Assembly (NCBI GenBank): GCA_963662265.2
Contig: CAXXHA010000009.1
Location: 1 to 59,322 of the forward strand
Direction: 5' to 3'
DNA: 59,322 bases
Source: Spirochaetia bacterium
Lineage (GTDB): Bacteria > Spirochaetota > Spirochaetia > CADAEX01
The position numbers were made by a program, and so were the translations under genes. Of this stretch, positions 9,028-19,042 are shown one piece after another. The notes beneath the pieces were generated by a model. It made no database searches. It worked only from the letters and a program-made list of their open reading frames with translations, and had not been told where the DNA came from. Position 1 is the stretch's first letter, and each line of letters begins with the position of its first letter.

Positions 9028-10897
9028 TCAGTTATTTTCCTCAATAAAAGAGACAATACTTCCCGCATCCAGGCTGTTTTCCGCAATAAGTTCATCCCTT
9101 CCTGCATGTTCAGGGAAAAAATCATTTATTCCCCTTTGGAAGAAAACTGTTTTAAGTTTATTTGTATAAATTAGTGTCATCAGATATTCACCAATTCCGT
9201 TTATTTCCATGTTTATCGTCAAACAAAAATACTTTCTTATAGTTTTTAAGGATTGAAACAAGGTATTTTTCATCAACAGGTTTCAGAAATCTCATGTTAT
9301 AGATATCGTTTCTGATCCCTTTCCTGCTCAGTTTATCTCCAGCACGGACAATTTCCTCAAGATAGCCTCCGAACCCGATCATAAGTATTTCAGAGTCATT
9401 CTTATAAAGAAATTTACCCCTGCCTTCAACAAGTTCTTCGTCTGATCCGTTCTTTTCCGGACAGAGCGCCTTGGGATACCTGATAATCACCGGATGATTC
9501 GTATCTGCAGCATAATCAACCATTCTGACAATATCATCATGATCATAGGGAGCAAGAATACTCAGGTTGGGAACTGACCTGAAAAGAGATATATCAAAAA
9601 TCCCCTGATGTGTTTCTCCGTCATTTCCGACAAGCCCTGCCCTGTCTATAACCATTTTTACAGGAAGGTCGGGAAGTGCGACATCATGTATAACCTGATC
9701 GACTGCCCTCTGCATGAAAGTTGAGTATATAGATACAAACGGCTTCAACCCGGCAGCAGCCTGTCCTGCCGCAAATGTGACAGCATGCTCCTCTGTTATA
9801 CCTACATCGTAGAACCTGTCAGGGTATCTGAGCTGAAAATTCTTGAGACCTGTACCTTCAGCCATTGCAGCAGTTATTGCTGTAATTTTACTGTCAGTCC
9901 GCCCCTTTTCAATTAGAGCATCTGTAAATGCCTCAGTATATGAAAGCTGTGATTTCTTTTCTATCTTGCCGTCAACAACAGAAAACGGAGAAACCCCGTG
10001 ATACAGTGTGGGATCGCCTTCTGCGAAATCATACCCCTTGCCTTTTTTAGTGGACACATGAATTACAACCGGCTTGTCAATCTTTTTCACCCTGTCAAAA
10101 ACACTTACAAGCTGGTTTATATTATGCCCATCAATAGGACCCACATATTCAAAGCCGAGATCTGAAAACAGGTTTTCCTTGAAAAAGACTGCCTTTATCC
10201 CCTTCTTTATCCTGTAAACCATCTCATAAAGAGGTTTCCCGAAAAGAGGAATAAATTTGATAATTCTGTCAACATTTCTCCTGAATGTCTGATAGATGAG
10301 AGTCGTTGTAAGCTTGCTTAAATAAAGTGAAAGAGCGCCCACATTCTGGCTTATAGACATGTTATTGTCATTCAGCACAACGATAAGATCTTTTTTAAGA
10401 TGACCTGCATGGTTGAGCGCCTCAAAAGCCATCCCTCCTGTGAGAGAACCGTCCCCGATTACTGTAACAACCTTTCCCTCTTCACCCTGACTTCTCATTC
10501 CAGTAAGCATACCCAGGGCAGCGGATATTGAAGTTGATGCATGGCCTGTATTGAACGGATCATGTTCGCTTTCAGATCTTTTCGGAAAACCGCTTAAGCC
10601 CCCGTTTCTTCTTATGGTATGAAACTGGTCTTTTCTCCCTGTAAGTATCTTATGCGTATAACACTGATGCCCGACATCCCAGATTATTTTATCTGTTGGA
10701 GATTTGAAAACACGGTGAAGAGCAATTGTAAGTTCAACAACCCCGAGGTTTGATGCAAGGTGTCCGCCGTTGCTGCTGACAACCCCGATAATAAGCTGCC
10801 TTATTTCAGCTGCAAGTCGTTTAAGTTTCCTGTGATGTATGTTTTTTAAATCTTCTGGTGAATTTATTTCATTCAATATTGAATTTTCAGCTTTCAT
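9028..10897 (-). CDS. dxs: 1-deoxy-D-xylulose-5-phosphate synthase, one frameshift near the 3' end as assembled
   Basis: Motifs GGHLASNLG, WDVGHQCY, GDGSLTGGMAFEALN, YSTFMQRAVDQ and DRAGLVGNDGETHQG. The C-terminus continues in ORF 9028..9276 after a +1 shift at ~9211. Confidence 0.95.
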
Positions 10898-10909
10898 AAA
10901 TCGCCTCTC

Positions 10910-10960
10910 AAAAAAATACCCCGGAAATATAATATTATAAAAACATTATTAATCCGGGGT
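10910..10960 (-). terminator. Terminator-like hairpin between the small basic protein gene and dxs
   Basis: ACCCCGGA/TCCGGGGT outer stem plus an 8-bp inner stem, then a 7-T run on the minus strand directly before the dxs SD (GAGAGG). Confidence 0.6.
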
Positions 10961-11007
10961 TTAAAAAACTAGTAAAACGCATATTTTCTGCGTAAAGAAA
11001 ATGTTAA

Positions 11008-11097
11008 TTATTTCTTCTTATGTCTGTTTTTTCTGAGTTTCTTTTTTCTCTTGTGAGTTGCAATTTTATGTCTTTTTCTTTTTCTACCGCAAGGCAC
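11008..11097 (-). CDS. 29-aa basic protein, AURKAIP1/COX24-domain (bS22/mS38-like small ribosomal protein)
   Basis: GTG start with an AAGGAG SD; translates as MPCGRKRKRHKIATHKRKKKLRKNRHKKK*. Absent from the ORF track. Confidence 0.85.
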   Translation of the reverse strand: MPCGRKRKRHKIATHKRKKKLRKNRHKKK

Positions 11098-11235
11098 CGC
11101 AGCACTCCTTCTAACTATTAATTATCAGAGCTTTTTAAAAATAATAATTTTTAAAAAGCTTTAATGGGGTCGAACATTTTAAATATTAAAATGTTCTAAA
11201 GGCTTCTGTCACTCCAGAAGAGTGACTTATCAAAT

Positions 11236-11264
11236 ATTATGCTTATCGTAGATAATAGAGTCAA
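11236..11264 (-). promoter_or_regulatory. sigma70-type promoter for the small basic protein gene
   Basis: Minus strand TTGACT, 17 nt, CATAAT. Confidence 0.7.
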
Positions 11265-11285
11265 CCCCCTGAAACATAAATACTG

Positions 11286-11314
11286 TTGAAAGATTCATGA
11301 TTAAAGGGTATATT
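11286..11314 (+). promoter_or_regulatory. sigma70-type promoter for the hypothetical-murD operon, probably leaderless
   Basis: TTGAAA, 17 nt, TATATT; the ATG follows 8 nt later with no SD. Confidence 0.6.
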
Positions 11315-11322
11315 TTTTCTAT

Positions 11323-12263
11323 ATGGAACAGATATTAAACATAATTCCTATCTATTATACTAATAATGAAATTAATGGATTATTAAAAAAAAGTAAAGAC
11401 AAAACAGCTGATTTTTCTCTTCATTTTACCCAGAATGAGGATTTTTTTTTAAATACCTGGCAGACATTCAACATACCCCATATTCCCATACATCACGATA
11501 TCAATAAAAAAAACCTGATTCAAACTATATAACATTTCTGAAGTCTGTACTTGAGACAGTAATCCCTCTCACAGCCCCGCTGCTGGAAGATACTGAATAC
11601 TTTTTTGACCCTGCTGAACTTTTAAGGCCCTGTTTCTATAAAATCTATAATTACAAAAATAATGACTATATTTATATTGTGAGGCTGGATTTCAGCTTCA
11701 AACCGAATTACTGCGATATAATTGAAAAAGGGAACAATGATATAAACCATTTCTTCTCAACAAAGTCGGTATTTCTGGATGTGGATATACATCCTGTCGA
11801 TAAAATCGTTAAAAAGGCAGACAGGACTGAAATACATATAAAACAGTCAATTTCACAGACATGGATAGGAGAAACAGGAAGGGGATATTTTATTCAGGGT
11901 ATCTGGATAGATACAGAGCTTACCAAGTTTTTCACAAAGATTTTCACAAGTGAATCTGTCAGTACATATCCCTATTACCCTTTCTCATGTAAATACAGGA
12001 CTGTTTCCCATTTTCCTGTCAATTTCAATTCAGAAGGGAGAAAAAAACATCTCCACCTGCTTGACTCAGCATACAATTTTATTTATCCATACATGAGTGA
12101 AATAGAATCTGTACTTAAAAACAATGAATTCTCACCGGAACTGCCACTTTTCAGAGAGATTAAATCTAAAACAGATCCGGATTTCAGCAGTTTTTTTTCA
12201 AAATACAGCATCAGAAGATATCTGAACGAAAAAGGGATGAAAGAATATGAGCTTGAATATTGA
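11323..12263 (+). CDS. Hypothetical protein, one frameshift as assembled
   Basis: ORF 11323..11532 joins the frame of ORF 11679..12263 if the A-run at ~11505-11512 is corrected. The stop overlaps the murD start. Confidence 0.65.
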
Positions 12264-13642
12264 AAAACTTGAAGTTTCCGACCTTAAGGGACTGAAAATA
12301 ACAGTAATGGGACTTGGCCTTAACGGAGGGGGGCTTGCATCTGCTCTCTTTTTCGCCTCAAAAGGATCCTCAGTTACAGTAACCGACCTCAGGGAAGGGG
12401 AAATACTTGCCCCTTCCATTGAAAAGCTGAAACAATACAATATCAGATATGTTCTCGGAAAACATGATATCGAAGATTTCAGGAATGCAGATATTGTCAT
12501 AAAAAATCCTGCAGTGAGAAAATCATCACCCTATCTTGAAGCTGCGGATATCATTGAAACAGATATTTCCATATTCTTACGTCTTTGCAGAAAAAACAGG
12601 ATAATTGCTGTAACAGGAAGCAAGGGGAAATCAACCACAGTATCTGCGCTTTATCATGCTCTTAAAACAGCAGACAGCAGGGCAAAACTGGGGGGAAACA
12701 TAACAACATCCCCTTTAACTTTCATAGATGAAACAGAAGAAAATGATCCTGTAATACTTGAGCTTTCATCATGGCAGCTTGCTGACCTTAAAGACAAAAA
12801 CCTCCTCCATCCTGAAGTCTCTGTAATTACAAATATACTGCCGGATCATCAGAACAGCTATGACTGCATGGATGACTATGTTGAAGATAAAAAGCTTATT
12901 TACAGAGGACAGAACGGAAAACAGAAAACTCTCTGCCCTTATGATGATGCATACGGTGAGTTTTTTTATAATGAAACACCGGCTGAAGCTGCATACTTCT
13001 CAAAAAACCCCCTCCCTGACGGAATAAACGGGGGCATATCTTGACAGTGACGGATCAGGTTATTACAGAGACAGAAGCGGTACAGTTAAAATACTTGACA
13101 GCAGCATTGAAATAAAGGGAGAGCATAACAGGCTGAACCTTCTTACTGCGGCTGCTGCACTATACTTCTTCGGCATAGAACCTGAAAAAACAATGCCTGC
13201 CCTGTCCTTATTCAGGGGAATTCCTGACAGAATGGAGCTGGTGGCAGAGAAAAGAGGGATAAGCTTTTACAACGATACTACAGCAACTATTCCCGAGGCA
13301 GTAATTGCTGCTGTTACAAGTTTTAAAAACGGGGTAAGGCTTATTGCCGGGGGAACAGATAAGGAACTTGACTTTAATATTTTCACAGAACTGAAAAACA
13401 AAACTGAAATGATATATCTCCTCAAGGGGAGCGGAACTGATAAAATAATTCCTGTACTGGATGAAAACAGTATAATTTTCAAAGGTCCCTACAGTTCTCT
13501 TCAGGAAAGCTTCATAGATGCAGTTTCAGATGCTCATCCCGGTGACAAAATAATAATGTCCCCCGGATGTGCATCATTCGGAATGTTTAAAAATGAATTT
13601 GAGAGAGGTGAAACATTCAGGAAGCTTGTCAGGGAGATTTAA
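12247..13642 (+). CDS. murD: UDP-N-acetylmuramoyl-L-alanine--D-glutamate ligase, one frameshift as assembled
   Basis: Motifs MGLGLNGGG, AVTGSKGKSTT, GGNI, LELSSWQL, FYNDTTAT, LIAGGTDK and SPGCASFGMFKNEFERG. There is an extra G in the GGGGG run at 13031-13035. Confidence 0.93.
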
Positions 13643-13645
13643 GCT

Positions 13646-14170
13646 TCAGATAAGTGCAGATTCCTCAGCCCTTTTAATGAGTTCATATATGGAATTGTCA
13701 GATCCCTGATATGAACTTATCCCCATTTTTATGCTGAATTTTATCCTGTTTTCTTCATAATCAACAGTAAAAGCATTCAGAAACCCCTTTACCCGGTTAA
13801 AGGCTCTTTCCCCGTTATTAAGCCCTGTATCCTCCATCATGACAGCAAAATTATCGCCGCTGATCCTGCCTGTGACATCAGTACCTCTTGTCAGGCTGTC
13901 GATTTTCCGGGCAACTGTTTTCAGCAGAAAATCACCCGCATCAAAGCCGTATTCCCTGTTGATGGCATCCATATTGACAATATCAAGAACCAGAATACTC
14001 AGTTCCTTTCCATATCTGGAAGTCCTCGAAAAAGCCTCATGTGCTTTTTCATAGAAATTTGTCCTGTTATATACACCTGTCAGCTGATCCCTTTTCCGCA
14101 GAGTCTTAAGTTCCTGCTCAAGTTTTTCAACTTTTTCAAGAAGTTCCTCGTAACTGTATTCTTTTTCCAT
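13646..14170 (-). CDS. Small GGDEF-domain protein with a degenerate active site
   Basis: N-terminal coiled coil, DQLTGVYNR, YGFDAGDFLL, I-site RGTD and A-site SGDNF. Confidence 0.85.
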   Translation of the reverse strand: MEKEYSYEELLEKVEKLEQELKTLRKRDQLTGVYNRTNFYEKAHEAFSRTSRYGKELSILVLDIVNMDAINREYGFDAGDFLLKTVARKIDSLTRGTDVTGRISGDNFAVMMEDTGLNNGERAFNRVKGFLNAFTVDYEENRIKFSIKMGISSYQGSDNSIYELIKRAEESALI

Positions 14171-14359
14171 ATCAAACCCGTAAAATATTTAAAATTATCA
14201 GTTTATATTCCTGATCATACAATCCGAAAATATATATTTCATTCTTCAAGCTTTACAAATCATAATATCGCTGTAAAATCCATTTAGCATAATATTATTT
14301 CATATATTAATAATTATAGAATATTTAACTGCAATTTCCTGAACGTAATTTTAAAGATA

Positions 14360-15454
14360 TTAACGTTTTTTCAGTTTTTTATAATAAAAATTCCGTATAT
14401 TTTCCGCAATTCTGTAGAAAGCAAAGGATATCCTGTGAAAAGGATAATCATAACAGCCGTAGCGGTGGATTAATTTGCCTCCGAATCCGGTTTTAAAACG
14501 GTAAAGTCCATGCATTGGGTGGGACGGATCATCAGCAGGAGGGATTCCGAAAAAATCATAACTGGTGCATCCTTCTGCCTTTGCATCCATTATTGCCTTC
14601 CACTGGAGGGAATATGCCGGCATAGTCTCCCTTTTTTTATTCAGTGAAGCGCCGTATAGATATATTGCATTGCCGCCGTAAAATGATGTGATAATACCGG
14701 CTATGTTTTCCCCGTCAACTTCAGCCATGTAAATCCTCAAATCAGGTGAATCTTTTTCTGATTCTGAAAGTGTAAAAAGCTTTTTATAATATTCCATCCT
14801 GTGAAGCGCTATTTTATCCCGCTCAGCAGTTTCTCTGTAAATATCGTACCATTCTTCAAGAGCCTCGACACCGCACTGTTTTACAACAACCCCTTTCCTC
14901 GCAGAAAGACGGATATTATAACGAGTCTTTGATTTCATCCCTTTCAGGATTTCATCCTCATTTTTTGTTAAATCAAGTACAACTGTAGAGGGGGGCTGAA
15001 TATCAACAGATGATTTTACCAGTTTTGAAAGATAATTTTCTGCTTCCTGTTTTTTTCCGGCACAGGCCGCATCAGTTTCAGATGGTCCGGAATTATTATT
15101 CCCGCTGTCTTCTGATTTATTACCTTTACTGTTAAGTACAGTTTTCTCCCTGATCCAGGGGAGATCATATCTTATGAAAAGTGTGTTTCCGGGCAGATAC
15201 TTTTTAATTTTTTCAGAAATTTCCAGAATACTTTCCCCTTCTCCGTAATCAGGAGCAAAAGGAACATAGGCAATGGAAAAAATCCCCCTGAAAGTCCTTA
15301 CAAGAACAATGAAGTTTTTTCCATTTATCAGAAAGTAATAGGGTTTCCACCCGAAAAAAGATTTAAAGGAAGCCCAGAATCCGCTCTGGAACAATGAACT
15401 TCCCCTATTTATATTCTTTATATCTGATGCTTCAATAACAGGAAGACTGCTCAT
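14360..15454 (-). CDS. FemAB/FemX-family peptidoglycan bridge aminoacyltransferase
   Basis: Motifs LFQSGFWASFK, MKSKTRYNIRLSARKGV, YLYGAS, YDFFGIPP and GLYRFKTGFGG. Confidence 0.9.
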   Translation of the reverse strand: MSSLPVIEASDIKNINRGSSLFQSGFWASFKSFFGWKPYYFLINGKNFIVLVRTFRGIFSIAYVPFAPDYGEGESILEISEKIKKYLPGNTLFIRYDLPWIREKTVLNSKGNKSEDSGNNNSGPSETDAACAGKKQEAENYLSKLVKSSVDIQPPSTVVLDLTKNEDEILKGMKSKTRYNIRLSARKGVVVKQCGVEALEEWYDIYRETAERDKIALHRMEYYKKLFTLSESEKDSPDLRIYMAEVDGENIAGIITSFYGGNAIYLYGASLNKKRETMPAYSLQWKAIMDAKAEGCTSYDFFGIPPADDPSHPMHGLYRFKTGFGGKLIHRYGCYDYPFHRISFAFYRIAENIRNFYYKKLKKR

Positions 15455-15463
15455 AAATTATGC

Positions 15464-17638
15464 TCAGCCTACTTCCCCGTCAGAAACTTTTTCAGTTACA
15501 AGCTTCTGTCCTGAAACAATCAGAGGTTTCTTTCCGCAGAATACAGAATTACTCTTTACAGTGAGCGGTATCTCAAAAAACCTGTCGATTGAAAGTTTTT
15601 TCTTTTTTACATCAGTTTTAACTTCAGAGCCTTCAAGAACTACAGGAGTTCCAGGCTCAACAGAATCGTCAGCAAAAAGGACTTCAACAGTCTTATCCTC
15701 ACCTTCTGCCGCAAGAAGCATACCGTAGCTCTTAACACCCCTGAGCTTTGCCGGCTTAAGGTTTGCTACATGGATGATATTTTTTCCAAGAAGCTCTTCC
15801 TCTGTGTAATAGGGAACAAGACCTGATACAATCTGAGTTTCCTCTTCTGCACCTGTATCAATTGTCTCTATATAGAGTTTCTCTGCCTCGGGGTGTCTTT
15901 CAATCTTTGTGATTTTAGCCACTCTCAGGTCTATTTTTGCATCAAACTGCTCTTCAATTGACAGTTCTTCTTTCTTTTCTTCCATTTCTCTCTCTTTCTG
16001 AGTGCCTGTGAATCTGGCCCTCATTTTTTCAATAAAATCATCCTCAAGCTTTGTAAAAAGGATTTCGCTCTTACCAACCTTTATTTCCCCTTCAGGAATA
16101 CCAAGCCTGTCCCAGCTCATATCATCAGTGCTGAGGAATGATGCAACTTTTTCTGAAGTTGAAGGTGTATATGGTTTTATGAGATACGCAAGGTCTCTCA
16201 CAAGGTATATAAGGTCTGAGAGAAGTTTTTTTGTTCCTTCAGGATCATCCGCCTTTGTCTTCCACGGCTCTGCTTCCTGGAAAACCTTGTTTCCGTATGC
16301 GGCAAGCTCGAAAATTGTATGGTATGCATCCTTGAGTTCTGCTTTCTCAAAGTGGGAAGTGATCTTATCTTCAAGAGTTCTTGCTGTTTTCCAGAATTCT
16401 GAATCCCTGTCTCCCTCGACAACTTCACCATCAAAAAACCTTGATATGAATGTAATTGTCCTGTTGACAAGGTTTCCGAGGTTTCCGATAAGCTCGGAAT
16501 TCACCTTTTCCTGGAAATCCTTCCATGTGAAGAGAGAGTCTGATTTTTCCGGCCTGTTGTAGAATATATAGAATCTCCATACATCGGCAGGAATACCTGT
16601 TTCACGGCAGTCAGTTCCGAAAACGCCGACTCCCTTGCTCTTTGAGAATTTACCACCCTCATAGTTGAGGTATTCCGATGAAGACATGTGGTAGAGTTTT
16701 GTCCACTCTTCGCCCGATCCTATCAGGGTTGAAGGGAATATAACTGTGTGAAAGGGAATATTATCCTTTCCGATGAACTGGAAAAGCTCAACCTCATCAG
16801 GATTTTTCCACCATTTTTCCCAGTCATCAGTGTGGTTAGCGGCAATTGAAATATAACCGATAGGCGCATCGAACCATACATAGAAGACCTTGTCTGTGTA
16901 TCCCTCCTTGGGAACAGGAATACCCCATTTAAGGTCCCTTGTTATACACCGCTCTTTAAGCCCGTCCCTGATCCAGCTCTTTGTCATCTGGAGAGCATTT
17001 CTTGCCCAGAAACCTTCTACAGATCTCTTTTCGATCCATTTCTCGAGTTCCGGCTTGATTGCAGGAAGATCAATGTAGAGATGTTTTGTTGATTTCACCT
17101 CGGGGGTAGCGCTGCAGACGCCGCACCTTGGTTTTTCAAGCTCTGTGGGATCGAGTAGCTTTCCGCAATCCTCGCACTGGTCCCCTCTTGCATCATCATA
17201 ACCGCAGTGAGGGCACACGCCCCTTACATAACGGTCGGCAAGGAACCTGTCGCAGCTTTTACAGTAAAGCTGCTCAAGAGTCTTTTCGCTGATAAATCCC
17301 CTTTCATCCAGTTTATTGAATAACCCTTGAGTGATTTCTGTCTGCTTGGGAGTCGATGTACGTCCGAACTTATCGAAATCAATCCTGAACCATTCATATA
17401 TATCTTTATGGATAAAATGGAATTTATCACAGAGTTCCTGCGGAGAAACGCCCTCTTCAAGGGCCTTGGTCTCTGTCGCAGTTCCATACTCATCAGTACC
17501 GCAGATATAAAGTGTTTCATACCCTTTCATTCTGCAGAAACGGGCAAAAACATCTGCCGATAAAACCTGTATAAGGTTTCCAAGATGAGGAATATTATTT
17601 ACGTAAGGTAATGCTGATGTAACAAGTCTTTTTTTCAT
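15464..17638 (-). CDS. metG: Methionyl-tRNA synthetase with C-terminal tRNA-binding (EMAP/Trbp) domain
   Basis: TSALPYVNNIPHLGN (HIGH), zinc-knuckle CxxC pairs, FIGKDNIPFH, KFSKS (KMSKS) and HPEAEKLY. Confidence 0.97.
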   Translation of the reverse strand: MKKRLVTSALPYVNNIPHLGNLIQVLSADVFARFCRMKGYETLYICGTDEYGTATETKALEEGVSPQELCDKFHFIHKDIYEWFRIDFDKFGRTSTPKQTEITQGLFNKLDERGFISEKTLEQLYCKSCDRFLADRYVRGVCPHCGYDDARGDQCEDCGKLLDPTELEKPRCGVCSATPEVKSTKHLYIDLPAIKPELEKWIEKRSVEGFWARNALQMTKSWIRDGLKERCITRDLKWGIPVPKEGYTDKVFYVWFDAPIGYISIAANHTDDWEKWWKNPDEVELFQFIGKDNIPFHTVIFPSTLIGSGEEWTKLYHMSSSEYLNYEGGKFSKSKGVGVFGTDCRETGIPADVWRFYIFYNRPEKSDSLFTWKDFQEKVNSELIGNLGNLVNRTITFISRFFDGEVVEGDRDSEFWKTARTLEDKITSHFEKAELKDAYHTIFELAAYGNKVFQEAEPWKTKADDPEGTKKLLSDLIYLVRDLAYLIKPYTPSTSEKVASFLSTDDMSWDRLGIPEGEIKVGKSEILFTKLEDDFIEKMRARFTGTQKEREMEEKKEELSIEEQFDAKIDLRVAKITKIERHPEAEKLYIETIDTGAEEETQIVSGLVPYYTEEELLGKNIIHVANLKPAKLRGVKSYGMLLAAEGEDKTVEVLFADDSVEPGTPVVLEGSEVKTDVKKKKLSIDRFFEIPLTVKSNSVFCGKKPLIVSGQKLVTEKVSDGEVG

Positions 17639-17646
17639 AACAATTT

Positions 17647-17676
17647 AATATATGTTTTTACTTTCTATATTGTCAA
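17647..17676 (-). promoter_or_regulatory. sigma70-type promoter of metG, probably leaderless
   Basis: Minus strand TTGACA, 18 nt, TATATT; the ATG follows 8 nt later with no SD. Confidence 0.6.
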
Positions 17677-18061
17677 TAAGCATGCTGATGTTGAAACAAA
17701 GAGTAATGAATATCATGGTTTAATACTGATTATTAAGGTGCCGAATTTCTGATATTTTCAATTAATATTTAAATATCATACGCAAACAATCAACTGAGTC
17801 ATAACTTAAGCAGGAACAGCTTCATCATACCCATTAAAAACTGTTTTTCCTTGACTATATAGATTCTCTTCATTACCCTTAAGTTATGTATTTTAAAAAT
17901 TCTGACCTCTCCGGCTTTCAGCTGAAAAGGTCGGAATTGAAAAAAATGATTTAAATACACAGAGCTGTCTGATATTATGCATAAAACAGTTCTGAAAACA
18001 GAAAATCAACACACTCGTTACTCTACAGGAGTGTCAGAATTATTTTAAAAAAGGGGGAAAT

Positions 18062-19042
18062 ATGGGAGACAGCAACCAGATGCCTTTCAGACCGCCGCAG
18101 CTGAAGATAAAACCTAAAATGATAATAATACTTATTATTGTCGTTCTTGCAGCAGTAATGGGTGTGTCAAGTTTTTATATGGTTGACCAGACAGAAGAAG
18201 CTGTAATCCTGAGGCTTGGAAAATTCAACAGGATAGCTTCTCCAGGTCTTCACTACAAAATGCCTTTCGGTATTGAACAGAATTTCAATGTACCAACTCA
18301 GGTGATCCAGAACATGTCATTCGGATTCAGGACGGAAAAATCAGGAGTAGAGACTATCTATTCAAGAAATGATTATCCTGAAGAATCTGTAATGCTTACA
18401 GGAGACCTGAACATTGTTGATGTTGAGTGGATTATTCAGTACAGGATTGTAGATCCTGTTGCATGGCTTTTCAATGTTGAGAACAGGACAAAAACCATAC
18501 GTGATATTTCACAGTCAACTATTAACAGGCTTGTAGGCGACAGAGGTATTTTCGACGTTATCGGTAAGGAAAGGGTAAATATTGAAACTAACGGACAGGA
18601 ACAGCTTAACGAGGTACTCAAGAGCTATAATCTTGGAATCAGGGTAACAACAATAAAACTCAGAAACATTGTTCCTCCAATCGGTGCAGTACAGGACTCT
18701 TTTGAAGATGTCAACAAGGCACAGCAGGATATGAGCAGGCTTATCAATGAAGGTAAGGAAGCATACAACAAGGAAATACCGAAAGCCAGAGGGGAAGCAG
18801 ACAAAATCATACAGGAAGCTTACGGTTATCAGGCAGAGCGTGTTAACCAGGCAAAGGGGGATGTTGCAAGGTTCAATGCAGTATATGACGAATACAGGAA
18901 AAGCAAGGACATAACAAGGTCACGACTTTATATAGAAATGATAGAGGAAGTTTTCAAATCTGAAGAAAAAACAGATCTAATTGACAAAAACCTTGATAAT
19001 TTTCTCCCTCTTAAAAATCTTCAGAGCGGAGGCACACGATGA
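18062..19042 (+). CDS. hflK: FtsH protease modulator HflK
   Basis: Single N-terminal TM, SPFH domain (MLTGDLNIVDVEW) and IPKARGEA...AKGDVARF...TRSRLYIE. Confidence 0.95.
   Translation: MGDSNQMPFRPPQLKIKPKMIIILIIVVLAAVMGVSSFYMVDQTEEAVILRLGKFNRIASPGLHYKMPFGIEQNFNVPTQVIQNMSFGFRTEKSGVETIYSRNDYPEESVMLTGDLNIVDVEWIIQYRIVDPVAWLFNVENRTKTIRDISQSTINRLVGDRGIFDVIGKERVNIETNGQEQLNEVLKSYNLGIRVTTIKLRNIVPPIGAVQDSFEDVNKAQQDMSRLINEGKEAYNKEIPKARGEADKIIQEAYGYQAERVNQAKGDVARFNAVYDEYRKSKDITRSRLYIEMIEEVFKSEEKTDLIDKNLDNFLPLKNLQSGGTR

Noticed and set aside
12247-13642. Programmed frameshifting or TGA recoding in murD and neighbours
   Set aside because: The downstream homology is in a different frame, the breaks sit in homopolymers, and they cluster in one region. 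Sequencing error is simpler.
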